Source: Massalongia carnosa (lineage: Eukaryota). Taken from it: a DNA stretch of 64,000 nucleotides. The stretch is from NCBI GenBank assembly GCA_965645245.1, contig OZ287079.1, forward strand, positions 1,612,001 to 1,676,000, in the 5' to 3' direction. The notes below the pieces were generated by a model. The model was given only the letters and a program-made list of their open reading frames with translations. It did no database searches and was not told the DNA's origin. Shown in pieces: positions 36,217 to 48,549 of the stretch (its first letter is position 1; each line of letters begins with the position of its first letter). The position numbers and the translations under genes were made by a program.

Positions 36217-37545
36217 ATGGACTCGCCGAAGCCCTGTCAGTTTACGGATCTACCGTTAGAAATACGGCAGCGAGTCTATGAGCTTCTTTTTTTCGGCGAC
36301 CAAGATCAAACGGATATCGGTCACGAGAGTCATCATCTGTTTGAGATACGAAAACTGAAGTGGGCGCTCGACGGGCTTGCGAGAACCGCCCGAAACCAAA
36401 TCCATCCCTACAGAGTCGACTCGAAAAGCCAGCCTCACTATGAGACGGCGATATTTCGGACAAGTCATCAGATCGAGGTGGAAGCTACCAGCGTCTTTTA
36501 CGGCTGGTCATCATTTAACCTCACCACGGACAACTTCGGCCCTGGTGAATACAAGAGTTACGAGTTCCTACAGGCTCTTCCGAAGAGATATCGAAAACTC
36601 GTCCGAAAGATCGAGCATAGATGTTTTGATGAGTACCTGCCGGAGCATCAACGCCGGAGTAACCGCCGAGTTATGCCTCTGTTTGACTGGGTGGTTTTCA
36701 TGAAGTTTCTCGCGAACGAATGCCCGTCGTTGCAAAGTTTGATTTTGTGGGGCTTCGCAGACGGCCGGGAGGGGGAGAGCATGGTGAAGAGCTGCCATAA
36801 AGATAAGGAGTGGGCCCAAGCCATCTTGCAAATCAAGGGTCTACGGTTTTTCAACATTCTCGCCATCCCACGTGGCAAGATCAGGCAGAACCAGTCCTGT
36901 GTACCGAGTTTTGTTGAGGAGCTGCGCGCTTCTTTGTACCAGCGGAAAAACGTCCTCTCTCCTTCGGCGACACCTAGAATTACGTTGGACGACGCACAGC
37001 CTTTTCCCTTCTTAAGGCTCCCTTTAAACGTGCGCAAAAGAGTCTATCGCTTTGCTTTGTTGCCCGCCGATAAGCAACTCCATCCGTATATCAAGTCTTG
37101 GTACGACGGTACAACTCAAAATGTTGTGCCGCTTTGCCTTACCTGCCGCCAAGTCCGTGAAGAGGCCGAAATGGTTCTGTATGGCCAAGGGCAGTTTAGT
37201 TCAGTCGTTTTCAGATATAATGAAAAACTAATGGCGGTATTCAACTCAGTGCTTCCACCGAGGCTCCTGAACTATATCCGATACGTCCGAGTTGTAAGCG
37301 ATGGCATTGCGATGCGTGAAATGTCATTCCTTGCGCGTTATATGAAGCTGGACATCCTTTACTACCAGATAAACGAAGAGCTAACTAAATATATGAATAT
37401 TCTGTGGAACGTGCAAAGAGACAACAAATGGGTAGATTTACATGGTTGTTTCAACAGTGTCGTTGTTGAGACACAAGGTCCAACTGAACTGAGTCCTGTA
37501 GCTCGAAATTCGCTGGAGTATGGTTTGAGAAATTTGAGTTTGTAA
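36217..37545 (+). CDS. Hypothetical protein with two tandem F-box-like (F.LP.EIR..IY) modules
   Basis: FTDLPLEIRQRVYELLF...IFRTSHQIEVEATSVFYG, and FLRLPLNVRKRVYRFAL...LCLTCRQVREEAEMVLYG. Confidence 0.75.
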   Translation: MDSPKPCQFTDLPLEIRQRVYELLFFGDQDQTDIGHESHHLFEIRKLKWALDGLARTARNQIHPYRVDSKSQPHYETAIFRTSHQIEVEATSVFYGWSSFNLTTDNFGPGEYKSYEFLQALPKRYRKLVRKIEHRCFDEYLPEHQRRSNRRVMPLFDWVVFMKFLANECPSLQSLILWGFADGREGESMVKSCHKDKEWAQAILQIKGLRFFNILAIPRGKIRQNQSCVPSFVEELRASLYQRKNVLSPSATPRITLDDAQPFPFLRLPLNVRKRVYRFALLPADKQLHPYIKSWYDGTTQNVVPLCLTCRQVREEAEMVLYGQGQFSSVVFRYNEKLMAVFNSVLPPRLLNYIRYVRVVSDGIAMREMSFLARYMKLDILYYQINEELTKYMNILWNVQRDNKWVDLHGCFNSVVVETQGPTELSPVARNSLEYGLRNLSL

Positions 37546-39467
37546 AATAGGGAAGAAATCTTGCTGTCATCAAACTGGACAACCTGACTCCAAGCGCTGT
37601 TGTTGATGGATTGTGAGTCTAGATGAATTTATTTCATGGTATTAATCTCATGGTCGGCAGGTTTTGCGGTTTCAAGCATTCTTGATTGTGCCGGATATTT
37701 GAGGACGCAGGAATCTCCGGAACAAAATTCGGTTCTAAGCTTGTGTTTGGCTCAAAGAAATTTTCAAGTGTCCAACTAATCTTCGTATCTATGTTCTGGT
37801 CTCTTACAACAATTTTTGGAGTCCCCTTATCCGAGTCTGATACATTCACTCACGAAACTACTCAGACCTCGATAACCATATCAGGAAACATCTGAACGTT
37901 GAGAGGCAAGGTAAAGATAGGAGAACCATGGACTAAAAATAAATCCCTTCTTGGAAACCAGAGTACAAATCTCATGATTGAGTATAGTTGATTTCAGCAA
38001 AACTCGCGAGGATTAGTCAAACGCAAGACTCTTCTTGCCAAGATGTGGCCTTGAAAGATGTTAGAAACACTCCATGTATATTTCTGTGACCTCAACTGGC
38101 TCGCTCAGGGTCGATTAGCCGGGAATCCCATCACACGCATTCGCCGCAAAATCAAGTGTCTTTCAAGAAGCATATAGTAACCTGAAATTTAGCAAGGCCC
38201 ATTGCCTACGTCAACTTCCTTGATCCAGAACACGGTGTTGCAGTAGTACCGCAGAAATCCATTCTACCGGAAGCGTCGAGGTGTTGGGACATAGCAGGCT
38301 TGTGCATGTGCAACCTATTCTCAACCAAGTTTTTGTTTTTGGAGGGCTGAAACATGGGATGAAGGCTCCGCGATTTCAGCTAGATCATCATCAATTATCC
38401 AGGAAGATCATACAGCATGCATATTGTTATCTAAAATAGCAAAGACCACCTCCAAGGTCTGATGTTTTACGATTGTTTAAACGTTGCTTCGATGCAACCG
38501 TTCGCATATCGCGTCAGACTTTGCACCCGCCCGTACGTTCTCATAGTGAAAGGTTTCAACTTAAGAAGCTGGGTTTTCGAAACTTTTTGCCCAAGCCTCG
38601 GCGTTGGGAATGTTCTCGAGTTCTGGAGAGCAGTCAAGTCCCCCTTCCCCCTATCTAGGCTGTTCGACAGGACTAGGGCTTGGGTGGTGTTTTGACCGCC
38701 CATCCATGTTTGATATGGGAAAATGGAAAACTTGCTGTTTTCCAATTGGATTCATCGATAAATTATTGGTCTGAATGGGTTCGAGGCGCAGTTAACGAAA
38801 CGAGTCTTGGTTTACGACCTTGCTCATCAACTATATCGTTGATTGCCATCCTCTGTCCTAACATTACAAATATCTGATCTTCTTTTCGTCTAACCTCTCT
38901 TTCCCTAAGTTTGTTCCAACTTTCATTGACCGTACACACCTCTCTCCAAGACCACGCAGCGGCCTTTACAACAGACGCCATACATTTTCCACTTATTCTT
39001 CTCAAGTTCACTCCGAAGCCTGAGAACGTGCAGTATCAGCGTCAGATTACCCCTCTCGATCATCATGCGCTTCAGAACCCCGACATTACTCTCCATCGTC
39101 CTCTCTGCCGTTCATCCCTAGCTAGCAAGCTGGCTGACCGGCTAAACGCACAGCAGTGGTTCCTTCAATCCCTGAGAAATCCTGTAGTTGGTGTACTGTA
39201 GGATCCACGATAGTTGGTTTTCTACTCCAGAATACATATCCGAAAAGAGGAAGAAGGAAGGAGGGGGGAATGATGATGAAGATTTCCCAGCCCTATTCAC
39301 TGCACGTGACTCTATCGCTCCGCAAACCGAACACCGCCGAAATCGATCGGTTTCCTCTGTATCACCCTTCGTATAGAGTAAGTAGAATACATCCCCTTCA
39401 CGGCAGTTGACCTTATCTCACCGCCCTCCAGTCAGCTTGAGGACTCGATTTGACTCGTTCCTCCACC

Positions 39468-40433
39468 ATGTCTGTTCCCCGCCCCCAAGTCCCCTCCTTC
39501 CCCCCCGTACGCGCCTGCATCTTCGATGTCGACGGCCTCCTGATCAACTCCGAAGACATCTACACTGAAGCCTACAACAACGTCCTCCGCGCCTATGGAA
39601 AGCCCGATATGCCATGGAACATAAAAGCCCGCCTCCAAAGCGGAGGTCCTAATGTACTCCCGCCCCCCAATATTCCTTCTAGCGAAAACTAAGTGCGCAA
39701 CCCTCTCCAGAGCGACAACCTTGTCATATCCTGGGCCCAGCTGCCCCTTTCCCTCCCTGAGTTCAAGGCCAAAATCGCCTCTCAGCAACCCCTCTTCCGC
39801 GCCTCGAAACCCCTCCCCGGCGTCCCCGCCCTCCTCCGCACCCTTAGCACCCGCACCTCCCCCCCCGCCCATCTCGCCATCGCAACCTCTTCCGCCGCCT
39901 CTGTCTTCCACCTTAAAACCTCCCACCTCGCCGCCATCACAGCGCACATCCCCCCCTCGCTCCGCGTCTGCGGCGACGACGAAGCCCTACATCCCGCCCG
40001 AGGAAAGCCTGCGCCGGACATTTTCCTGCTGGCGCTGCGGCGCATCAACGAGGCCGTGAGAGCCGCCGGCGGCGTGGAGGTGCGCGCGGAGGAGTGCTTG
40101 GTGTTCGAGGACTCGGTCTCGGGTGTGGCGGCTGGCCGGCGGGCGGGCATGCGCGTGGTCTGGGTGCCGCATCCGGGCCTGTTGGAGGTGCTCCGGGGAC
40201 GGGAGGAGCGGGTGCTGATGGGGGATCTGGGGACGCTTGAGGAAGGGGACGGGAAAGGGGACGGGAAAGGGGACGGGAAAGGGGACGAGAAAGGGGACGA
40301 GGAAACGGCGAATCGGGAGGGAGGAGCGAGGATCATGGCGCGGGATGGGTGGGCGGAGCTGAGGACCAGTTTGGAGGAATTTCCTTACCAGAGCTATGGT
40401 ATTGCGGTGGAGACTGTGGAGGAGGGGGAGTGA
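39468..40433 (+). CDS. HAD-superfamily phosphatase (pseudouridine-5'-phosphatase/HDHD1-like); intron 39654-39710
   Basis: Motif I ACIFDVDGLLINSE; motif II AIATSS; motif III GKPAPDIFL; motif IV CLVFEDSVSGVAAGRRAGMRVVWVP. Confidence 0.9.
40245..40304 (+). repeat. 12-bp coding repeat GGGGACG(G/A)GAAA x5 (GDGK/GDEK) in the HAD gene
   Basis: Read directly. Confidence 0.85.
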
Positions 40434-41093
40434 GGAGGGCAGTTGCTTCTAACGCGCACAACCCCAATGCTAGATGATTAGTTCTCTCTTTCTCATTATT
40501 TCATCCAGGTCGCTCCTCAATCTTTCAACTCTATCGCTCTCGGATTCTTCTTTTACTTCTTCTTCTTCTTCTTCGCGCATTCATCAAGGTCTTCGACTCC
40601 CCCCCCCCCCAATTCCCGCAACTGGAGTCCACCTTCATTCATTCAATCTTGCATGTATCTGGCCATCCACACTCACTCATCCCATTGCTGACGTGTCCTA
40701 TGTATCCTATCCAACCAGCGAAAGAAGTCGCCAAGCAAAATCGAGAATCTCTTCTCTTGCATTTAATCTGTCAAAGCGCAAGTGAGATATTGTAGGATAT
40801 TCAATAAAATACATGTGAGTTGTTAGCTTTAAACAGTTTGACCATCGTTGATGAAGGAAGATTTTGTCCAGACCTCCCACCGTGAATCCAACGCGCAAAA
40901 TATCGAATGCGAATCAGCTTGCAGCTTTTTCGATCCTCTCGGGCTCGTGCGGATAAGAAAACGCAAGGAAACAAAAAGAACCCGAAAACCCCCCCCCTCA
41001 GCTTACTGTGCAACTTTTCAACCCCCCCCCCCCCCCGCCTAGTTTTCCTCGCAGCTCATCGAGCCTTAACCTAGTTAACCCCCTTTCTCTTTC

Positions 41094-42045
41094 ATGGCTT
41101 TCCAGCTCCTCCCCGCCCAGGAATCCGACATCCCCGACATCGCCACCGTGTTCGAAGATGCCTTTAAGCAACACCCCGTGATGAGCCGCCTGATGTGCGA
41201 CGTCCGCCCCGACGTCCGCCGAGCGAGAAACATCGGCCTGTTCACGAGCTTCTTCGCGCGCGGCGGGGTGCACTTTTCCAAGATGGTCGAGACGGGAACG
41301 GGGTAAATAGCACTGGGTTTCCTCTTTCCTTGCGTCTTGATTGGACTCGTTTTGGACATGTTTTTTTCTTCTTCTTTTTTTCTCTTTCTTTTGTGAATTT
41401 GAAAAATTCGAATTAGTGGTTGGTGGTGGACGTTTAGTTACGAGATGCTGATCGGGAAACGAACACAACAGCAAGCTAGTCGCGTTTTCGAAATGGGATT
41501 ATCCGCTACCGGGGGAGCGACCCGACGAGACGCAAATCGAGGGCCCCTACCCCGACGGAACCAACGTTGCCCTGGTGGAAGACTACTACACGCAGCTATG
41601 GCACGACCGGAAAAAGTGGCTCGATCGCTCCACAACCTTCTGTATATCCAAACCCCCCCCCCCATCGTCCTTCATCCCACCTAAAATTTCTCTTCCCCAT
41701 AACCAAACTAACCCCCCCCCCCCCCTCTTTAAAAAAGTCCTCCACATGCTCGCCGTCCTCCCCACGCACCACCGCCGCGGGCTCGGCACCCGGCTCATCG
41801 CCCCCGGGCTGGCGGCCGCTGATGCCGCCGGCGCGAAGTCCTACGTCGAGGCGTCGCAGATGGGCCTCCCGCTCTACCGCCGGCATGGCTGGGAGCCGGT
41901 CGATGAGGTGTGCGTGGATCTGGAGAGGCATGGGTATCCGGGCGAGGGCTGGGCGAGGGAGTTGTGCTTGCTTAGGGAGCCGGGAGGGGGTGGGGGGGTT
42001 GGGAAAGGGGTGAGCTTTTCGGTTTTGAGTGGGGGAGGTCTTTGA
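41094..42045 (+). CDS. GNAT-family acetyltransferase; introns 41303-41471 and 41642-41737
   Basis: KLVAFSKWDYP; LHMLAVLPTHHRRGLGTRLI (acetyl-CoA motif A); YVEASQMGLPLYRRHGW. Confidence 0.88.
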
Positions 42046-43343
42046 GAGGGGAGAGGTCTTTGGACTTTCGTGTTATGAGTCCTCGCGCTGATGATACTAT
42101 TAAAACCAACAACAAAAGTCTTTTCTCTCTCTCGCTCGATTACAGATAAAAATATATCGTCTAATAAGTGCTTTCCTTTCGTCTTTTCTCGGGGTCCCAA
42201 ATCCCGCAAAACGTGAAAACGAAAAGAGTCGTTCGGCGAATGCGATCGGGGGGAAGTTCCGCATGGCTGGAGCGGTTTGTGTGTGTGTAAAGTGATGGAT
42301 GTACAGATAGGGTTTATATATAATATACGTAGGTACACATGTTCTGTACAGAGAGACAAGCGGAGGGAACCCCCGGCTTAATCGAAATACGCTTCGAGAA
42401 ATTACTAGAATACCTAGCAGCTAGCAATCAACGAAAAACCATAGCTCTTTGGTTATGCTCGTTTCCTCCGTTAAGAAGAAGGGAAAAAACGAGAGAAAAA
42501 AATAATCAGCCCCAGCTTTTCTCTCTGTCTATTCGGTCTCTCAGTCTCGAACAAACGCGCGTATCGCGCAACGAGCAGAAAACATGTAAGAATACGAAAA
42601 CCCGATTTAATGGACTTAACTAATAAGGTGGATTAATTAGTATAGGATGCCCAACCCCATTGTTAGATAGGGTAGAATAGGGGCGAAATGTTGAACGAGA
42701 TATGTTGAGCGGAGGGTCAGTTTGGCTTTTGTGGTAGGAAGTAACTAGAGAGGTAGGTTAGGTAGATAGGATGTGATGGAAAGAAGCTGTATGCCTACAT
42801 AGTCTACATAACTAACGTAGGTAGGTGGATGGAATCCCGATCAGTGGTTCAACTAGGGATGGTATGAGGAGCTTTGATGAGTGGGATCTATGCCATTTAA
42901 AGATTCAAGGCGCAGAAAGAACTTCACGGTTTGGTGACACTCAACCTCCCGTTGTGACAATGATGAGACGATGATTGAGATTACTAGATGGGATGACGAA
43001 GAACAACTCGTAGGTCTTGGTCGCAATCATTAGGAACGGGGAATCTTGTCCAATCTCAACGACATCAAGGACTTCCTCCAAAACGCAGTGGATCATAGAT
43101 CAAGGGCATCGCAGTTCGAGAAAGCTTCCTTCCAACGTTTAGCCCGTATACGTAAGCTGGAGGATCATCTTGTTTAATGAAACCAAGAACAAAAATCGTT
43201 GCTGAAAGCTCGGGTTTCAGCCACGCTTTCGCTTGCTTCGTCTCGCGGCTTCGCTGACCTCGGGCATTTTCGGTTCGAGTGGTGCTGGGGTTTGCATATG
43301 TGTTCCGTGAGCGGGTTCGCCCCTTTCGATCCTCCGTTCGGTC

Positions 43344-44013
43344 TAGTCCAACGCTTCCAAGTCGGCTGAGATCCTTGATCGAGTTCCGGCAACAATCCAG
43401 TCTAATGCGTTTCTCACGCTTCGTCTCGCTGCTTTGTATCCAGTTCTATCGGTTGCCCAACGGCCAAAGGTCCGCCCATAATATGTGATATCCCCAGATT
43501 AGTCCTGCGTAGCCCAATAGTAGCAAAGTTCGATGGAGTCAGCCGAAATTCCTAGAGTGCCACCCGAATTTTATCGAAGAAATCTTGGTCTTTGCCAGCA
43601 GCAGTCCTCAGCTTCAAAAAGTTCTGGAGCATCAAGGATCCATTCCAGAGGGTTTGAAGCCGGGATACCCTATGACCGCCGCGAATTCCCTTTCCTTCGA
43701 CGGTGAATATTGAGAAGACCAAATATGGTGTTTCCGTGACAGATTGCGCATTGGGCCCAAGCAAGGCAAGGGCGTTACCACACTCGAATGCTTGCTCACT
43801 CCAGCCAATAGTCTGATCAGGCTTGGGTCTAGTTAGGTACGTTGATAGGCCAGAACTGAGTTGTAGCCCTAGCTCGTTGTCCCACGGCTGACTTGGTATA
43901 GTGGATAGTTCATGATCGTCCCAAATATCGAAGATGGGTAGATACAACGGCAAAAGAGATTGTAAAACGGCCGCTTCGTTGACGCATCGCTCCGCCCTGT
44001 TTTGAGTTTTCAT
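43344..44013 (-). pseudogene. Degraded PD-(D/E)XK-like nuclease-fold gene (DUF7924-like)
   Basis: VNEAAV...PKPDQTIGW...FSIFTVEGKG...LQTLWNGSLML; after a frameshift at ~43555 it continues TLGISADSIELCYYWA..*..AARRSVRNALDW with TAA/TAG stops. The 5' boundary is uncertain. Confidence 0.65.
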
Positions 44014-44570
44014 GGCATCTGCGTCGCTAGGTTCCGGGCTAAAAGTATCCTACTAACAGTACTCCGTAATGGAAACTCATGTATCCGTAGCTTGGCTTAA
44101 TGTGGCATAGTTAGCACTCACTCGGTTAATGTCAAATGCGATATCTCCACCGCCTCCACCTTCTTCACCATCTCTCGTTAATGATATAACAGAAGACGAT
44201 CTGGAGATGACTGATGGAATGATCTAATCGTAGTTATTCGGTTGCCGACAACACTCTTTGCGAAGTTATAAGTTCATCATCGTCAACCTCGCCAATACAG
44301 CGATGTGATGGCATCATGCGGCCGGATTGCATATGTCGTGTTGCTGAAGTGTGCAGAGCAACACACGATATTTTCAGAGCTACTCCTCATTAGAATTTTT
44401 AGTAACCTAAGTACTATGGCATCGTCTGCATGTTTACCATCTCTCATTAAGCTGTTAATCTTTCAAATCTCCTAATCTCATTTCGTCAATGTCTTCAAAC
44501 AGAACGCCTCTGAAAACCCATAACCATCTATTCTGCCAAGACTATCAATCCTTTCTCCCCTCCGCTCAAC

Positions 44571-45104
44571 TCAGCTCTTTATCGTATCCCCTCCCTCCAC
44601 ACCCCCCAACTCCTTCGCAACAAGGGGCTCCGGCACGCCATCCCCATACTGGCACCATCGGCACGGGCACGGCCTGCAGATGCTACACCGGCAGCTGTCC
44701 TTGTGATACGCGGGCGGCGACTCCAACGGATCCAGCGCGCTTTCGCCCCAGAAATATTCCGGGAGATTGTCGCCGAAGCCGGCGTTGCGCAGGACGTGAC
44801 GCACGTTGGCGCCGGTGACGCTGTTGTCGTCGGCGTAGATGCCGTAGATACTGTGGTAGCGGACGATCTCGTTGATGCTGATGTTTTTTTGGTACAGGCT
44901 GATGATTCGAGCGGTGGTTTGCTCGTCCGGGGGTGGAGCCATGGTGACGGTTTGGGGGGGTGGTTTGAGGAGGAGTTTGGACATTCTGTTGGTTTGGGGG
45001 GGTGGTTTGAGGAGGAGTTTGGACATTCTGTTGGTTTGGGGGGGTTTTTTTTTGGATGAGTGTGGATGGCTAGAGCGGTTTCTGCACTGCTGTAATATGG
45101 TCAT
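44571..45104 (-). CDS. Hypothetical small protein with a Cys cluster (CRCSICRPCPCRWC); start uncertain
   Basis: Open frame with GC3-rich codons in 44600-44940; the N-terminal part contains a 42-bp duplication. Confidence 0.45.
   Translation of the reverse strand: MTILQQCRNRSSHPHSSKKKPPQTNRMSKLLLKPPPQTNRMSKLLLKPPPQTVTMAPPPDEQTTARIISLYQKNISINEIVRYHSIYGIYADDNSVTGANVRHVLRNAGFGDNLPEYFWGESALDPLESPPAYHKDSCRCSICRPCPCRWCQYGDGVPEPLVAKELGGVEGGDTIKS
44950..45043 (+). repeat. 42-bp tandem duplication (~2.2 copies)
   Basis: ggtttgggggg(g)tggtttgaggaggagtttggacattctgtt repeated; encodes PPQTNRMSKLLLKP on the minus strand. Confidence 0.85.
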
Positions 45105-45585
45105 GCCGAATGTAGGTCGTCAAGGGAACTTATATGGGAAATGAGCTAATAGGTTTAACAAAGCTATTGTTGGGAACTCCATCAAGTCTCCAGAGACAGC
45201 ACTTTGTTGTGTGGGTAAACAAAGAGAATCAATCACAATGCAAAAAAAACCGTGTCACTGTTCCTTCGATATATGTTTCGTTGTGACTCATCATCCTTGG
45301 AACAAAGCCTTGCATGACGCTGACATTAGTTCATTTCAATAGTGCAATCTGTTGCCAGAGCAAAGAGTTCAAGTCCGCAAAGTTCAACTTGCTGAACCTA
45401 AGTAATCAGTTTTGAAAAAAGAAAAGAGAAAAAAACTCAAGATTAACAAATAATGATCAACACAATATCATCTTAAGGCGAAATGAAGCGTGATAGTTGA
45501 GAGGGCTAAAGATTTTCGCATCGACCTATTATTCGTAGAGAAATATTTCCTTAGTGTTCTTGTCACTTCCCCGTCATCTCTTTTG

Positions 45586-46232
45586 CTAAAGCATGAGTAC
45601 TGTGCCGATTACTAACCCAAACACCTTCAAGGCCTCCCAGCCGGGCCGAACAACACAAGCCGCACCGCTAGTAAACGGCACCGTAGGCGTAGACGGAACT
45701 GTCGAGTTCAGCAAGGGCACGGCCGGGGCCGTGCCCTTGGGAATCGTGTAGTTCAGGTACCCGCCGACCTGAGAGACGTTGTAGGGGCTATTTCCTCCCA
45801 CTCCGGCGGTACACAAAGCTTCGGAGGCCAAGGTGAAAGCCGTGGTGAGAAAGTAACATTCAGCAAGAGCTACGCAACGAGAGGGAGAGAACACCAGGAA
45901 CTGTTCCTATCCGTTTCGTTGCAGAGGACTTCGACATAGGGACCGTAGACGTTGAGGGAGTCGGGATTGCTGCAAACGCACTTGGAGTCATGGGGAGGGC
46001 ACTGGCTGGCTAGAGGGGAGGTGGAGGTACAGTTATTCTGTGTCGGGTACAAAGCTGGATTAGTGGATATCCGTAATAGCTGCGGATGGAAATCCAAATA
46101 TTGGGTTTTGTTAGCACTTACGGCGCAGTCCGGGATACTGGGGTATCGAGTTGTATAAACTGTGCTATGGACGTCGCTGACAGAGGCATAGATTATTCCA
46201 CCCAGAGCTGTGATTTCTGATGAACAGAACAT
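45586..46232 (-). CDS. CFEM-domain GPI-anchored protein, possibly degenerate
   Basis: After removing a GTAAGT..CAG intron: PDCA-NNC-x9-C-PPHD-SK-CVC-x11-Y-VEVL-C...C; Thr/Pro stalk and GPI-like tail (TSGAACVVRPGWEALKVFGLVIGTVLML). The signal peptide is weak and the second intron acceptor is unclear. Confidence 0.55.
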
Positions 46233-48549
46233 GTCAGCATCGAAGCCCAGACACTATTTCTGTATCAGAATCGATACCCATCCTGCTGTTCCTCTGGGCT
46301 GCAGGCAGAACGTTCACAGGGAATGACTGTGTCATAGAACACCTTGTTGTTGCATATGCCATATACGTCCGTTCGGCTGATTTGCTTGCGGTAAAGGCAG
46401 CGTTCTGACAGGATTTCTGGGATATCATTAGCTATTTTTTTCGACAATGACTGGAGAGCATGGAGTAGGAAAAAAGGGCACGTACTATACACGAGGGAAG
46501 GGAATCAAATAGTTCCAAAGATCTGGAGAGAGTCTGAGTGCTAACAAGCTCAAATGTTGAAGTAAACACAGCTATAAAAAGTCTTCTATTAGGCCACCTG
46601 GTTATATGCTGCTCGAGACACTGATCGTAAAATCTATGTGAAGTAGAATAGAAAAGCGATAGAGAAGAAGCCCCTTTCTAGCAACAGGTTGTAAGCCCAT
46701 TAAAGGTTAATCTAGACATCAAATGCTCAAGTACACAGGAGAATGGGTCAATGAAAAATAGATTGGATGGATACCCGAAATATTGAATTTGTAACCATCC
46801 TGCTAAGCTGAACGATTGTATATGCTCGACGGACAGAAATGAGATGGCTGCATGGGTGCTGGCTGCAGTATCCATCAATGATTTTCAACCATCTGTGCGA
46901 AATCCGAAGCTCTCCATACTTCACCATACAGTTTTCAAAGAATCAACTTCAATGACATCAGCCAAAAAATAGTGCCATTCGCCTCCTCAATATATGCTTT
47001 GCACATCGAATAAAAAGGTAGATGTCTTGCTAAATCGTAACAAGACCAACATGCAGCCAATACACATACGCATATGTGGGCGTTGCGACTGCATGGGCTT
47101 CTCAGGGAATCAGACGTCATTGCTCCTGGATCACACAATGTATGTGTCCATAGGCTTATCCGTTGACTTTCAATAAAAAACTCTTACCGCACCAATCGTA
47201 AATGGATTGAAAGATGTATCCCCGATCTTCACCGTGGTCAGCGATGTTGATGGATTTACCCAAACATTGTACAATGCAGTCGTATGATCAACAATTTGAA
47301 TGATATTACAGCTGTGATAGTAGCAAATAACTCCTCTACTACCGTAGATTGTCGAGATCTAGATTGCTTCTATTAGAACTTTAGATACTTAAACATAGCT
47401 AACGCAACCTTATCAAGTCCTTGTAGATTTTCGGAAATTCACGAAATTCTGAAACTCTTTTCGACAGATCGTCTAAGATAAATTCTGTATAAAGAGTTTA
47501 CCTCTCTTGAAGACCGAAATTTGATGAAAAAGCTCCTTATGATACTTCGTAGTAGTAGCAGTAATCCTGGACAGGATCAAGAAGTCTGTGGAAACTTAAG
47601 GAAAAGTTTAAAGCATTAAGCTGCCGTTTAACAATCTGACTCTCATTTTGATATTGCTCGCTATGGGCATAAATTTGTCAAGGGTGCATTTTCCACTTGT
47701 CATCAGTCTGCATTTTACTCCGCTCAACACAGTGTGAAACTCATACACGTCGCCGCGAGGATAGAGGTAATCACACTTTGACATAAGTTAGAAATGCCAG
47801 TTGAAGTTGACAGAAAAGCCACCGTGCTAGAAAACCTAAACCAGGATCATTTGAGACTGGAAAAGAGACTTGCTGACTGGGTTAAGAGTGCAAATTCACT
47901 AAGTTGAATGACAGACCCAGGAGAAAGCGATTCAATACGAGTAACGACAAGGAAAGCAATGAACATGATATTTTTTTTTTGCAAGAATCTTACCCTAGCG
48001 TCGTTCAAGGAACTGACTAACTAGTATATTTCGCCTTCATTAATGCAGGCAATGCAAACTCTAGAGTCGTTGTCAGTCACAGTGCCCCTCCGATTCTTTC
48101 ATGGCAGAGCCTAAGATTCTGGAAAATAGTAAGTGTGCCACATCTTTGTAGGCTATTCCATTTCTGGGCTACTACTCGTGGTTGTTAAATATACCTTGTT
48201 GAGGATGCTTATGCTTGGAGAACAGGTAGCAAATGCGGAACTTGATAGGTTAGCGTCTTCAGAAATCGGCTTAAACTAGATAACTAATCTTCGCCTTAAA
48301 TTGATATCCAATGGTCACGTACGCGTAAGAAACGCGCTATAAACCCACCTGATTAACAAGCTTTCTCGAGAACAGTCTTTAGTCTCGCTTTTTCTAGAAG
48401 AAATGGATTTGAATGTTGGACAAATCCTTTGGGTCGAAAGGGAACTTATCGTCTGGTGGATGCGTTTAAAGCCTCCATAGTCTTTAAAGCGCAAGTTTTA
48501 CCAAATCCAAATGGTTATATCAAACCCGAGTTGTATGACCTCTTTGCCA

